The notes: generated by a model not told the origin, from the sequence alone. 64,000 nt of DNA from Candidatus Latescibacterota bacterium (GCA_965116885.1 OZ220741.1:768001-832000); one strand, 5' to 3'. Shown: positions 39,736 to 49,603, numbered from the stretch's first letter. Translations and numbers: made by a program.

Positions 39736-40584
39736 ATGGCAATGCGACTCGACAATCCATATCTCTGGGCATATACCGCAGCCATTCTGTTGCACATTCT
39801 ACTCCTGCTCCTGGAAAACCCGCTGTCTGCGATCATTGTGCCGCAACCAGAAAAAATACCCGTGTCACCGCCCCTGACATTTGAATTTGTCGATGTGCCC
39901 CAAAATCGAGACGACGCCCCGCCTGAAGAAACCCCGTTGCTCGCAGAGCGCGATAACATCTCTCGCGATCAACAAATGGACCCCTTGCCCGAAAGCCACT
40001 TGCCATATTCCGATGGCATATCGCGGGCAAAGAACATAGCGACGCCAGCGCAGGGAAAGTCGCGCAGTGAGACACAGAGTACAGACCGCGCACCGGAAAC
40101 CACCGACAATCCCTTTAGCTTTGTAGAGGTATTGCAGAAAAATCCCGAAGAAGCGCGAAAAGAGCGAGAACGCGCGGTGCTGGGTGGGGAACTGCCTCAA
40201 GTGCGTATAGATATGGACAACAGCAAAACCCGCGCACTCGAACGCGGGGGATTGCAACTGAGCACGTATGCCTGGGACTATGCGCCCTATATGCAATATC
40301 TCAAGCGACATATTGACCGTCATATTTATCCACCCCGCGCATTCGAGTTGGGTATGATCGACGGCATGACCCAGGTAAAATTTAGAATCTGGCGCGATGG
40401 TCGGCTTGAAGGTCCCGAACTGATCGACTATAAGGGCCATGGCTTGTTGCGCGATACGAGCCTGAAGGCTGTTGAACTCTCGGCACCATTCAAGGCATTA
40501 CCGCCAGATTTCCCGGATGAGTACCTCGAAATTGTGGGGACTTTTGAGTATTTAATTTTTGGAAAAGGACAAAGGCGACAATAA
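39736..40584 (+). CDS. TonB/TolA-family energy transducer
   Basis: N-terminal TM with His (AILLH), Pro/acidic linker, C-terminal YPPRA...G...VKFRI.RDG...APFKALP. Followed by exbB and exbD. Confidence 0.75.
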   Translation: MAMRLDNPYLWAYTAAILLHILLLLLENPLSAIIVPQPEKIPVSPPLTFEFVDVPQNRDDAPPEETPLLAERDNISRDQQMDPLPESHLPYSDGISRAKNIATPAQGKSRSETQSTDRAPETTDNPFSFVEVLQKNPEEARKERERAVLGGELPQVRIDMDNSKTRALERGGLQLSTYAWDYAPYMQYLKRHIDRHIYPPRAFELGMIDGMTQVKFRIWRDGRLEGPELIDYKGHGLLRDTSLKAVELSAPFKALPPDFPDEYLEIVGTFEYLIFGKGQRRQ

Positions 40585-40585
40585 T

Positions 40586-41209
40586 ATGGGCTGGGCACTA
40601 TTTGAACAGGGTGGTCTCATGATGTATCCTCTGACTTTGTGCTCAGTACTGGCTTTGGGCATTGCAATTGAGCGCGGATTTGCACTGCGCCGTCGCGCCA
40701 TCATCCGGCCCGAGATTGTCAGTGTAATCGACAATATTCAAGGATCCGAAGACATTGGATTGGCTTTGAACGTCTGCAGACAACACAAAGGTCCTTTCTC
40801 TGCAGTGATGCGCGCGGGATTAGACAACCGACATTTGTCCTTAGAAGAGATCCGAGAAAGTATTCTGGATCAGGGCCGTCAAGAGATGGGGGTATTGCAG
40901 AAGGGACTGGTAGTTCTGGAAACCGTAGCGGGAGTTTCGCCGCTTTTGGGACTTTTGGGCACTGTTTTGGGCATGATTAAAGTTTTTCAACAGGTTTCAG
41001 AAGTGGGCGTAGGGCAGGCCAATCTCCTGGCAGGGGGTATTTCGGAAGCAATTCTAACGACTGCTGCCGGACTTTTTATTGCAATTCCATCACTTGTATT
41101 TTACAATCTATACAGCAGTCGGGCAGAAAGCCTGATTTTGGAAATTGAGAAATACGCCAACACCCTGCTAAAAAAACTCCGGGGATTTCAAGGATCCGAA
41201 GGTGGATAG
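40586..41209 (+). CDS. exbB: MotA/TolQ/ExbB proton channel
   Basis: GGLMMYPL, PLLGLLGTVLGMI, GISEAILTTAAGL. Confidence 0.88.
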   Translation: MGWALFEQGGLMMYPLTLCSVLALGIAIERGFALRRRAIIRPEIVSVIDNIQGSEDIGLALNVCRQHKGPFSAVMRAGLDNRHLSLEEIRESILDQGRQEMGVLQKGLVVLETVAGVSPLLGLLGTVLGMIKVFQQVSEVGVGQANLLAGGISEAILTTAAGLFIAIPSLVFYNLYSSRAESLILEIEKYANTLLKKLRGFQGSEGG

Positions 41210-41211
41210 CG

Positions 41212-41619
41212 ATGCGATTGCAAATGCCCGGCAAACGCCGCCCGGCCATCAATGTGACCTCTTTGATCGACGTCCTGTTTTTATTGCTTACATTTTTTCT
41301 CGTAACCACGCAATTTGTCGATCAATCCGCGCTCAAAGTCGAACTGCCCGCCATGGCACACGCGGAAAAAACGCAGCACGCGAGGCGTTATATTCTCAAC
41401 ATATCGGCAGATGGTCAAATGGCATTGGATGGTCAGATCGTCGATCAAACGACATTGCGGGAATTATTAAAACAACACGCAGCGGCCATAGATGAAAGTG
41501 GGGGCCTGATTTTGCGGGCAGACCGCCAATTGCCTTATGGCGATGTGATGTCGATTCTGGACCTCGTCAGAGGTGTGGGAATCAGACGGATTACCAATGC
41601 CACAGCGGAACCCGAATAG
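41212..41619 (+). CDS. exbD: ExbD/TolR biopolymer transport protein
   Basis: INVTSLIDVLFLLLTFFLV, VELP, LRADRQLPYG. Confidence 0.88.
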   Translation: MRLQMPGKRRPAINVTSLIDVLFLLLTFFLVTTQFVDQSALKVELPAMAHAEKTQHARRYILNISADGQMALDGQIVDQTTLRELLKQHAAAIDESGGLILRADRQLPYGDVMSILDLVRGVGIRRITNATAEPE

Positions 41620-41728
41620 ACGAATAGACGGTGCGGGGTACAACTGGTCGTTTCCCAGACCAGTTCATAGACGAATAGACGAACCCTGCCCTACCAGCCA
41701 ACCGCTATCGTTGATTCGTTGATTCGTT
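41613..41728 (+). repeat. GACGAATA microsatellite plus GTACAACTG...CAGTTCAT hairpin element
   Basis: Homologous to 60351-60524. Followed by inverted (TTGATTCG)2. Confidence 0.85.
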
Positions 41729-41742
41729 GCGAGGTAGGAACA

Positions 41743-42351
41743 ATGCGCGTTTCCAAATCGTCCAATTTTTCACATATTGAAGATATCCAAATCGTTGCCC
41801 GGGTCTTAGAAGGCAACACAGAGGCTTTCTCTGTGCTGGTACAGCGACACCATGAACGCGTGTACAATACAGTTTACAGCTTCATTGGCGATATCGACGA
41901 AGCCGACGATTTGGCGCAAGAAGCATTTCTCAAAGCATTTCGCGCTCTGAAACGATTTCGAGGACAATCGCTATTTTCAACATGGGTACACCGCATCGCT
42001 GTCAATTGCTGCTTAGACCATCTCAAGTCCAGACATCGGCGCAGCTTTGTTTCTCTGGATGAACATCGAGAAAATTGGGACGCACCGCGCATCTGGGTGG
42101 GCCAGCCCCCAAATGCAGATGTGCGCGTTGAACGGCGGGAACTTCAAGAAATTCTCGAACGCGCCCTGAATGATCTGTCGGAAGAATATCGCGTGACCTT
42201 TGTTTTGCGAGAAATTGAAGGCCTGGCCTATGAAGAAATTGCCGAAGTGCTCAAATGCTCGATAGGAACCGTGAAATCTCGCCTGTTTCGCGGACGGACA
42301 AAACTCCGCGAAATTTTGCAAGTACAATACGACAACTGGATTGAGGCGTAA
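41743..42351 (+). CDS. ECF sigma factor (RpoE/SigW-like)
   Basis: ADDLAQEAFLKAF, FSTWVHRIAVN, EGLAYEEIA...IGTVKSRLFRGR. Confidence 0.92.
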   Translation: MRVSKSSNFSHIEDIQIVARVLEGNTEAFSVLVQRHHERVYNTVYSFIGDIDEADDLAQEAFLKAFRALKRFRGQSLFSTWVHRIAVNCCLDHLKSRHRRSFVSLDEHRENWDAPRIWVGQPPNADVRVERRELQEILERALNDLSEEYRVTFVLREIEGLAYEEIAEVLKCSIGTVKSRLFRGRTKLREILQVQYDNWIEA

Positions 42352-42353
42352 AT

Positions 42354-42827
42354 ATGGACGCAGACAACACCGTTGACATCAACTGCGAATTGTTGTCGGC
42401 TTATCTCGACGATGCGCTTACAGAAGCAGAACGGACGAGAGTTGAGAAGCTATTGCGCGTGTCCGATAGTCTCAGGCGTGAACTGGCCGAGATGGTGCGA
42501 GTGCGACAACTTTTTGCGGCCTGGTCTCCACCTGCACCCGATCGTTTTTTTGTACGGCGTGTAGATATAAAAATCCGGGAAGAAATGGCGCAAATGAAGA
42601 ACAGGTGGGGGTTTCAAAAATTCGCCACTGCCGCAATATTGCTGATTTCTATTGGCTCTCTGGCATTTTTAACCCAACGCCTGGACAGAACTGTTGAACC
42701 CGTCACGCTGGATGCTTTTTTGCAGAGTTCGCTCGACCGAGAGGTTCGAGAAGTTGTGAGTTTGACCGAAGATGATTTTTCCAAAGACCGCGTGCTCGAC
42801 CTCGTCTTATCAGACAACGCGCGTTAG
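42354..42827 (+). CDS. Single-TM anti-sigma factor
   Basis: ELLSAYLDDALT anti-sigma start with no HxxxCxxC; one TM; directly after the ECF sigma. Confidence 0.75.
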   Translation: MDADNTVDINCELLSAYLDDALTEAERTRVEKLLRVSDSLRRELAEMVRVRQLFAAWSPPAPDRFFVRRVDIKIREEMAQMKNRWGFQKFATAAILLISIGSLAFLTQRLDRTVEPVTLDAFLQSSLDREVREVVSLTEDDFSKDRVLDLVLSDNAR

Positions 42828-42839
42828 AAGGTTTTTATT

Positions 42840-43226
42840 ATGTTTATTTCGCGTTTCCGCTTTATATGCCTGATCGTTTTGTGTCTCTTACTTGGCGCGG
42901 TAATAGGGACTGTTTACGAAAGTCTCGCGTCTGGTGATTCTGGAAAGAGGCGAGTGCGCCTGTCTGAAATGGTGGCAAAGCTCGACCTGTCAGATGGTCA
43001 GAAAGCGCAACTGGACACAATCCTCGAACAAGGGCGCAAATGCATGGTCGATATCAACACGGCCTATCGCTCAGAGTTTGGAAAAGTGAGAAACATAACC
43101 CGCGCTCAAATACGGGAAATCTTGACGCCTGATCAGCGCAAAGAATTTGATGAAATGATGGCCGAACAAGAGGCTCTGCGGCATCATCAGCGCAAAAACA
43201 GGACCCCCGGCAATCAGGCCGAGTGA
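42840..43226 (+). CDS. Spy/CpxP-like periplasmic helical protein
   Basis: N-terminal TM, LDLSDGQKAQ, ILTPDQRKEF (LTxxQ motifs). Confidence 0.7.
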   Translation: MFISRFRFICLIVLCLLLGAVIGTVYESLASGDSGKRRVRLSEMVAKLDLSDGQKAQLDTILEQGRKCMVDINTAYRSEFGKVRNITRAQIREILTPDQRKEFDEMMAEQEALRHHQRKNRTPGNQAE

Positions 43227-43296
43227 TAAAAAGAATTTTATGAAAAAATAAGTGAGTAATCGTTTACTTTCTTCAAAGATTTGAGAGGACGGAAGA

Positions 43297-44952
43297 ATGA
43301 TAAAAAAAATAGCTACTTGCCGATGGTTCATGCTGCTTTTTCTCGCGCTCTTTGCCTGTGGCGAAGAAGAAGCACAACAGGCAGAGGGACAAGGCGGACG
43401 TGCTGGACGCGGCGGACGTGCTGGACGCGGTGGTGGCGCTGCTGCGCCCGTCAAGGTCGAGACTGTACAGCGAGGAGACATTTCTGCATATATTCTCAAA
43501 AATACGACACTCGAAGCCGAAAGATGGGTTGACGTTCGAGCGCGCAGAGCTGGGCAGGTCATCGCATTACTAAAAGAAGAAGGCGACCCCGTACGTGCGG
43601 GTACCATCCTGGCACGACTCGACGCCGACGCTGCTCAAATCAGCGTCTCGCAGCGAGAAATTTCGTATCGCGAAGCCAAACAGCGGTATGAACGCGAAGA
43701 TGCCTTATTTCAGCGCAATCTGGGTAGCAAACAGTCTTATGAAAATGCCAAGACCCAATTCGAATCGTCCAAAGCACAACTCGAACAGGCCAAACTCGAT
43801 TTGAGTTACACGGCAATTAGAGCACCCATTGAAGGCATTATGACGCTGAGAAATATTGAGGTCGGCAACATGGTCACCAACAATCAGGTGGTCGCCTCTG
43901 TAGCCAAATTCGATCCCCTGCTTGCACGCATCCAGGTAACCGAAAAGGACTTTGGCAAAATCACCGTAGGGCAGACCGCGCGCATTACGGTTGAAGCCGC
44001 ACCTGAAAGAGAATTTACGGGCACAGTCAAAATGATCAGCCCGGTGGTAGATCCCGAAAGCGGCACGGTTAAAGTAACCGTTGAGATACCTCGAACAGAT
44101 GCAAGTCTGCTGCGCCCGGGAATGTTTGCCTCGGTTTATATTATCACGGAAACGCGAAGAAACACCCTGGTTATTCCCAAAAAAGCCCTCGTACTCGAAG
44201 GAGAAGGCAACCAGGTATTCACCTTTGAAACCGATCCCGAAAGCGGGCGCGGTCAGGCACAACGCAGGCGCATTGAAATCGGCTTTACAGACAGTGACCG
44301 TTTAGAGATTCTCACAGGTCTTTCCCAAGGAGAGCAAGTCATTACCGTAGGACAGGAAGGATTGCGGCCCGGTTCTTCCGTACGCCTCGTAGGCGAGGCA
44401 GCACCTCCCGCATTTGCCGGACGCGGTGGACAGGGACGCGCTGGACGTGGACAGATGGGACAAAGTGGACAGGGACGCGCTGGACGCGGACAGATGGGAC
44501 AAGGTGGGCAGGGTAGGCAGGGGCGTGGACAGATGGGACAGGGCGAAGGACGCGCTGGACGCGGACAGATGGGACAAGGCGGGCAGGGTAGGCAGGGGCG
44601 CGGACAGATGGGGCAAGGCGGACAACGAGGTGGTGATGGACAGGGACGCGCTGGACGTGGGCAGATGGGGCAAGGTGGACAACGAGGTGGTGATGGACAG
44701 GGACGCGCTGGACGCGGGCAGATGGGGCAAGGCGGACAACGAGGTGGCGGTTTTGCCGGTGGACAAGGCGGCGGTGATCCCACAGACCGCATAAAACGCA
44801 TGATTGAGCGCTTCCCCGAAGTCAAAGCCGAATACGAAAAGCGCGTGAAAGACGACCCCGAACTCGCAACAAATATGGAAAAACTCCGCGCTTTTATAGC
44901 TGAGATGCAAGAAAAAGGATTGATACCAGCACGAGGCAGACGAGGTAATTAA
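43297..44952 (+). CDS. RND efflux periplasmic adaptor (MFP) lipoprotein with Gly/Arg/Gln low-complexity tracts
   Basis: Lipobox LFAC; EGDPVRAGTILARLD, IRAPIEG, ISPVVDPESGTVKV, LRPGMFA. Confidence 0.9.
   Translation: MIKKIATCRWFMLLFLALFACGEEEAQQAEGQGGRAGRGGRAGRGGGAAAPVKVETVQRGDISAYILKNTTLEAERWVDVRARRAGQVIALLKEEGDPVRAGTILARLDADAAQISVSQREISYREAKQRYEREDALFQRNLGSKQSYENAKTQFESSKAQLEQAKLDLSYTAIRAPIEGIMTLRNIEVGNMVTNNQVVASVAKFDPLLARIQVTEKDFGKITVGQTARITVEAAPEREFTGTVKMISPVVDPESGTVKVTVEIPRTDASLLRPGMFASVYIITETRRNTLVIPKKALVLEGEGNQVFTFETDPESGRGQAQRRRIEIGFTDSDRLEILTGLSQGEQVITVGQEGLRPGSSVRLVGEAAPPAFAGRGGQGRAGRGQMGQSGQGRAGRGQMGQGGQGRQGRGQMGQGEGRAGRGQMGQGGQGRQGRGQMGQGGQRGGDGQGRAGRGQMGQGGQRGGDGQGRAGRGQMGQGGQRGGGFAGGQGGGDPTDRIKRMIERFPEVKAEYEKRVKDDPELATNMEKLRAFIAEMQEKGLIPARGRRGN
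44418..44775 (+). repeat. Intragenic tandem repeats encoding GQGR(A/Q)GRGQMGQ units
   Basis: Seven GRGQMGQ units; the last ones have a 57-bp (19-aa) period. Confidence 0.9.
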
Positions 44953-44956
44953 ACCT

Positions 44957-47900
44957 ATGAAACTCATTGAATTTTCGACCCGGCGACGGGTAACAGTAAC
45001 TATGTTTGTGGCTGCGGCAGTACTATTCGGCATGGTAGCTTTTCAACGCCTATCGATTAACCTGCTCCCCGACATCACCTATCCCACCCTGACGGTACGC
45101 ACAGAATACGAAGGTACAGCACCCTCAGAGATGGAACGCTTAATCACCGAACCGATTGAAGGGTCTGTGGGTGTGGTAAACGGAGTTATCCGGGTAACCT
45201 CGGCCTCGCGCCCTGGCATATCGGATGTGGTTGTGGAATTCGCCTGGGGCACGGACATGGATTTTGCTTCACTCGATATTCGAGAAAAGCTCGATCAAGT
45301 GCGCCTGCCACAGGATGTGAGAAAACCCGTACTGCTGAGATTTGACCCTTCGCTCGACCCAATCATGCGTATCGGCCTCTACGGCGAAGAAAGTTTGATT
45401 TCGCTGCGCCTCCTGGCCGAAGAAGAAATTAAGCCCGAACTGGAAAGCCTTGAAGGCGTCGCATCTGTGCGCGTCAATGGCGGGCTGGAAGAAGAAATAC
45501 AAGTTGAAATCGACCAACCCAAACTGGCTGCATTGCGCATTCCACTCGCTCAGGTCGTCAATCGCTTAGCCCAGGAAAATGTGAACTTAACGGGCGGAGA
45601 ACTCAAAGACGGCGAAGCGGAATACCTGGTTCGCACATTCAACGAATTTAAAACAATAGAAGAAATTCAGGATATCGTGGTAGGCCAGCGGCAGGGCACA
45701 GTTATCACATTAGCCGATATAGGACTGGTGACCCGAGGACATCGCGAACGCACGGTAATTACGCGCATTGATCAGCAAGAAAGTGTCGAACTGGCCATAT
45801 ACAAAGAGGGCGACGCCAACACTGTAACAGTTGCACAAGCCGTTAAAGAAGCCATCGCGCAATTCCGCCGCACATCCGGCGATTTGCTCGGTAATTCGCG
45901 TATGGAGGTCGTCTCCGATCAATCGACATTCATTCGAGACTCAGTATCCGAGGTCCTCAACACCGCTATTTTGGGCGGCTTTTTGGCCATCATCGTTCTC
46001 TACCTATTTTTGCAAAGCCCCAAAAGCACGGGCATCATCAGCGTATCCATTCCCATCTCAGTTGTTGCCACATTTTTCCTCATGTACGCATCGGATGTGA
46101 GTCTCAACATCATGTCGTTGGGTGGACTCGCCCTGGGAATAGGCATGCTGGTTGACAACTCAATTGTCGTACTCGAAAGCGTACAGCGTTACCAGGAAAG
46201 CGGCATGAGTCCGCGTGAAGCGACCAATAAAGGGGGGTCTGAAGTGGGGCAAGCCGTGGTGGCTTCTACAATGACGACAATATGCGTCTTTGTCCCCATT
46301 GTTTTTGTAGAAGGCATTGCCGGACAGCTCTTCCGAGATCAGGCACTCACCGTGACCTATTCACTTGTCGCTTCCCTTCTTGTCGCACTCACAGTCATAC
46401 CCATGCTGGCTTCGTTGGAATTTTCATGGATCGGCGAATTTGCCGCTGTAGAGCAACGGAAAAAGGAAAGTGGACACAAGGGGGGAGTAGAAGGTCCCGC
46501 CCACATAATGGGAATGCTCGGGGCGGTTGCGGGATGGCTCGGACGCGGTATTCTGGCCTGTCTGGCACCCTTATTCTGGCTTTTCGACAGGGTGATTGGG
46601 CGCGCTTATCTCATCTATCCGCACATTATCAGGTGGGCACTCAGGCATCGCCTGTATGTAATTGGGTTGGCAATAGCCCTCCTGGCCGGCACTGCGACAC
46701 TTGGCAATAGACTCGGCAGTGAACTGATCCCTGAAATGAGCCAGGGAGAGTTCTCAATTTCAGTTGAAATGCCACTGGGTACGCCCCTTGCCGCGACCAC
46801 GCAATCCATTCAAGCCATTGAGAGAATTGTGCGCAGCCAACCCGAAGTACGTCTGGTGTACAGCATTGTCGGTACGCAATCGGCATCTGGAGGAAGCGGC
46901 GGAGAAGAAAGGGAAAATGTAGGCGAAGTCAATGTCGTACTCCACGAGGGTATTATTCGAGATCGCGAAATTGCCGTAATGGATCGCTTGCGCCAAATGA
47001 TCCTGGAAATTCCCGCCGTGGATACAAAATTTACTCGTCCATCGCTATTTTCTTCCCGCACGCCCATCGAAGTGGAAGTCGCCGGTTATAATTTGCAGTC
47101 TCTACAGATGATCGCCGGGGAAATGATGGCGCGCATGCAAACCATTCCGGGACTGACAGATGTTAAAACCACGAGCGAGGGCGGTACACCCGAAGTGCAA
47201 ATTCGGTTTGACCGCAAGCGTGTGGCTCAAATGGGCACGACGATAAATGCCATTGGCGAGATTATCCGCAATCAGGTTCAAGGGGAGGTTGCCACACAAT
47301 TTACCCGAGGAGATCGGCGAGTCGATATTCGCGTCCGAGCCGAGGAGGAACATCGAAGCACAGTAGATGATCTGAGGCGATTGATCATCAGCCCCAACAA
47401 TGCCCCATCGCCAGTTCCTTTGAGTGTGGTCGCCGATTTACAGGTGGAAATGGGACCTGCTGAAATTCGCAGAATTGATCAGGAGCGCGTGGCATTGATT
47501 TCAGCCAACCTGGTGGGGCGAAGTCTGAGTGCTGTCGTCGCAGACCTCGAACGCGAAATCGATCGGATGGAGTTGCCCGCCGATTTTGCTATTAAAGTGG
47601 GTGGACAAAATGAAGAGCAACAGCGGTCGTTTGAAAGTATGCAATTGGCGATTGGACTGGCGATCTTTCTCGTCTATCTGGTCATGGCATCGCAGTTTGA
47701 ATCGCTCGTTCACCCCTTCGTGATCATGTTTGCCATCCCTTTTGCGCTGGTAGGTGTTTTTGCCCTGCTCCTCCTGACCGGACAAACCATCAGTGTGGTC
47801 GTGCTCATCGGTTTGATTATGCTCGCTGGCATTGTCGTCAACAATGCCATTGTGCTCATCGATTATATCAACACCCTTCGAAGAGATCAAGGCATGCCCA

Positions 47901-48232
47901 AAATGGAGGCCATAGCAGAAGGGGGCAAAGTGCGCCTGCGTCCCATTTTAATGACCACCTCGACAACCGTGCTCGGTTTGTTGCCTATGGCGCTGGGCGT
48001 TTTCAATTTTCAGCCCCTTGTCAAAAGCATCGAAGGCGCGCTGGATGGCATATTGTCCGGACAGGTATTCGTCGTGGTCATGGCTGTAGTGGGTATGATA
48101 TTCCCCGTGGGACAGGGCGCAGAGATACGCGCGCCTATGGCCATTACTGTTATCGGCGGCCTGGTCGTATCAACACTGGTAACCCTGGTACTGATCCCAA
48201 CGCTGTATTCGCTAACCGACCGCAAGGAATAG
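44957..48232 (+). CDS. RND efflux permease (AcrB/SwrC-like)
   Basis: LLPDITYP, GMLVDNSIVVLE, VMASQFES, GIVVNNAIVLID, RLRPILMTT. Confidence 0.93.
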   Translation: MKLIEFSTRRRVTVTMFVAAAVLFGMVAFQRLSINLLPDITYPTLTVRTEYEGTAPSEMERLITEPIEGSVGVVNGVIRVTSASRPGISDVVVEFAWGTDMDFASLDIREKLDQVRLPQDVRKPVLLRFDPSLDPIMRIGLYGEESLISLRLLAEEEIKPELESLEGVASVRVNGGLEEEIQVEIDQPKLAALRIPLAQVVNRLAQENVNLTGGELKDGEAEYLVRTFNEFKTIEEIQDIVVGQRQGTVITLADIGLVTRGHRERTVITRIDQQESVELAIYKEGDANTVTVAQAVKEAIAQFRRTSGDLLGNSRMEVVSDQSTFIRDSVSEVLNTAILGGFLAIIVLYLFLQSPKSTGIISVSIPISVVATFFLMYASDVSLNIMSLGGLALGIGMLVDNSIVVLESVQRYQESGMSPREATNKGGSEVGQAVVASTMTTICVFVPIVFVEGIAGQLFRDQALTVTYSLVASLLVALTVIPMLASLEFSWIGEFAAVEQRKKESGHKGGVEGPAHIMGMLGAVAGWLGRGILACLAPLFWLFDRVIGRAYLIYPHIIRWALRHRLYVIGLAIALLAGTATLGNRLGSELIPEMSQGEFSISVEMPLGTPLAATTQSIQAIERIVRSQPEVRLVYSIVGTQSASGGSGGEERENVGEVNVVLHEGIIRDREIAVMDRLRQMILEIPAVDTKFTRPSLFSSRTPIEVEVAGYNLQSLQMIAGEMMARMQTIPGLTDVKTTSEGGTPEVQIRFDRKRVAQMGTTINAIGEIIRNQVQGEVATQFTRGDRRVDIRVRAEEEHRSTVDDLRRLIISPNNAPSPVPLSVVADLQVEMGPAEIRRIDQERVALISANLVGRSLSAVVADLEREIDRMELPADFAIKVGGQNEEQQRSFESMQLAIGLAIFLVYLVMASQFESLVHPFVIMFAIPFALVGVFALLLLTGQTISVVVLIGLIMLAGIVVNNAIVLIDYINTLRRDQGMPKMEAIAEGGKVRLRPILMTTSTTVLGLLPMALGVFNFQPLVKSIEGALDGILSGQVFVVVMAVVGMIFPVGQGAEIRAPMAITVIGGLVVSTLVTLVLIPTLYSLTDRKE

Positions 48233-48233
48233 C

Positions 48234-49055
48234 ATGGAGCAGAGCCGAAATGAAGCGTTTGTCGAATCGCTTCAGAACTATTCGCTTTCAGAACTCGAAG
48301 ATATTTATGCACATCTGGACCGAGACCTGTTTCCAGAGCGATTCGATCAAGTCAGGGACGAAATTGAAGCGCGCTTAAAGGACTTTGATTCAAAAGCTAC
48401 AGGCATAAGTACACTAACTGGATCACCCGGATTTTTGAGACGCATCGCATCGAGCGCGATTGATTTCTCCATGCAAGTGCTCGTTCCCTTTTTGATTTTT
48501 TTTCTTCTCAAAAGCGTTCTTTTTCCAAGTGCCCCAACCGCAAGTGGCGGGGGTGGACGCGGCGGACGAGGTGGCGGGGGACGCGGCGGACGAGGTGGGG
48601 GCGGTGGCGGCAATCAATCCGATGACCTCTGGTCAGACATCACGGGTTTTGTGGGCAGTGCAAAGGACATCGCTGTTGGATTGGTCGAAGGGGATCCCGC
48701 AGCACAGAGCAGGGCGATGCTTATCTGGAACGATTTTGGTATCATCCTGGTCATTCTACTCGTTTTCCGGGTCTTCATGACCTTATCGGGGTGGGCGCGT
48801 TCTGGATTTACCCCTGGAATGCGCGAATTGGGCATTCGGGTCGAGCGCGTTGGAGGCGGTGTTCCAACCTGGTCACAAGCGGTGGGCAGATTTGTTCTAC
48901 AGCCTCTAATTTTTATCGCGACACTGGGGCTCAGTGGTCTGTGGATGCTATGGGATCGCGACAGTCGGGCACTTCACGATAAAATTCTCGGCACAAGGCT
49001 CGTTCGCGTGGTGCGCACCTGGGAAAAAACTGGATCCGAGAGAAGATTTGAATAG
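48234..49055 (+). CDS. RDD-family membrane protein with RGG insert
   Basis: PGFLRRIASSAID, GFTPGMRELGIRV, RALHDKILGTRLV. Insert GGGGGRGGRGGGGRGGRGGGGGG. Confidence 0.8.
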   Translation: MEQSRNEAFVESLQNYSLSELEDIYAHLDRDLFPERFDQVRDEIEARLKDFDSKATGISTLTGSPGFLRRIASSAIDFSMQVLVPFLIFFLLKSVLFPSAPTASGGGGRGGRGGGGRGGRGGGGGGNQSDDLWSDITGFVGSAKDIAVGLVEGDPAAQSRAMLIWNDFGIILVILLVFRVFMTLSGWARSGFTPGMRELGIRVERVGGGVPTWSQAVGRFVLQPLIFIATLGLSGLWMLWDRDSRALHDKILGTRLVRVVRTWEKTGSERRFE

Positions 49056-49135
49056 AATATGTCAGTTATCCGAAACTTTTAATCATGTGATTTCGTCTAA
49101 ACCCTCGAAATATTTTAAGAGGAGGAGTAAGTATT

Positions 49136-49573
49136 ATGTATAGACGGATGTATAAAGTGTGTTGTGTCGTGCTGGCAACCGCATTTTTTTGGGGGTGTTT
49201 GGCCCCTGTTGCCGAAGCGCAGTCCCTTTTTACTGCACGGCGCACATTTGGTATCTTATTTCTCGGAGGTAGTGCGTTTATGGCCAAGCGCGCCATTGAT
49301 TATAAGCGCGATGCAAACGACATCTATGAAGCCTACAAGGCGGCGACAGATGCACGGGAAGCCGAGCGGCTTTTTAACCGCACAAGTGATCGAGATACCA
49401 AGAGCCAGATGAGTATTGGATTTTCCGCAATTTTGTTGATCAGTGGTTTGCGTTTGCTCATGCACAGCGGCGTGGATGATAAAATGCCCAAAATTGATCG
49501 ACGAATCAAAATTGATCTCAACAGTGATATTCGCAAAAAGTCTGTTGGGATTGTGTTAAAGAAAAAATTTTAA
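49136..49573 (+). CDS. Hypothetical exported or membrane protein
   Basis: AGGAGGAG RBS, signal peptide ending AEA, two hydrophobic helices, terminal Phe. Confidence 0.65.
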   Translation: MYRRMYKVCCVVLATAFFWGCLAPVAEAQSLFTARRTFGILFLGGSAFMAKRAIDYKRDANDIYEAYKAATDAREAERLFNRTSDRDTKSQMSIGFSAILLISGLRLLMHSGVDDKMPKIDRRIKIDLNSDIRKKSVGIVLKKKF

Positions 49574-49603
49574 TCATCAATAATGGGCCATGAGGAGATT
49601 ATT

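Noticed and set aside
44253..44825. Cys/Pro-rich metallothionein-like ORF on the minus strand
   Set aside because: It is the antisense shadow of the Gly/Gln/Arg repeat in the MFP gene.
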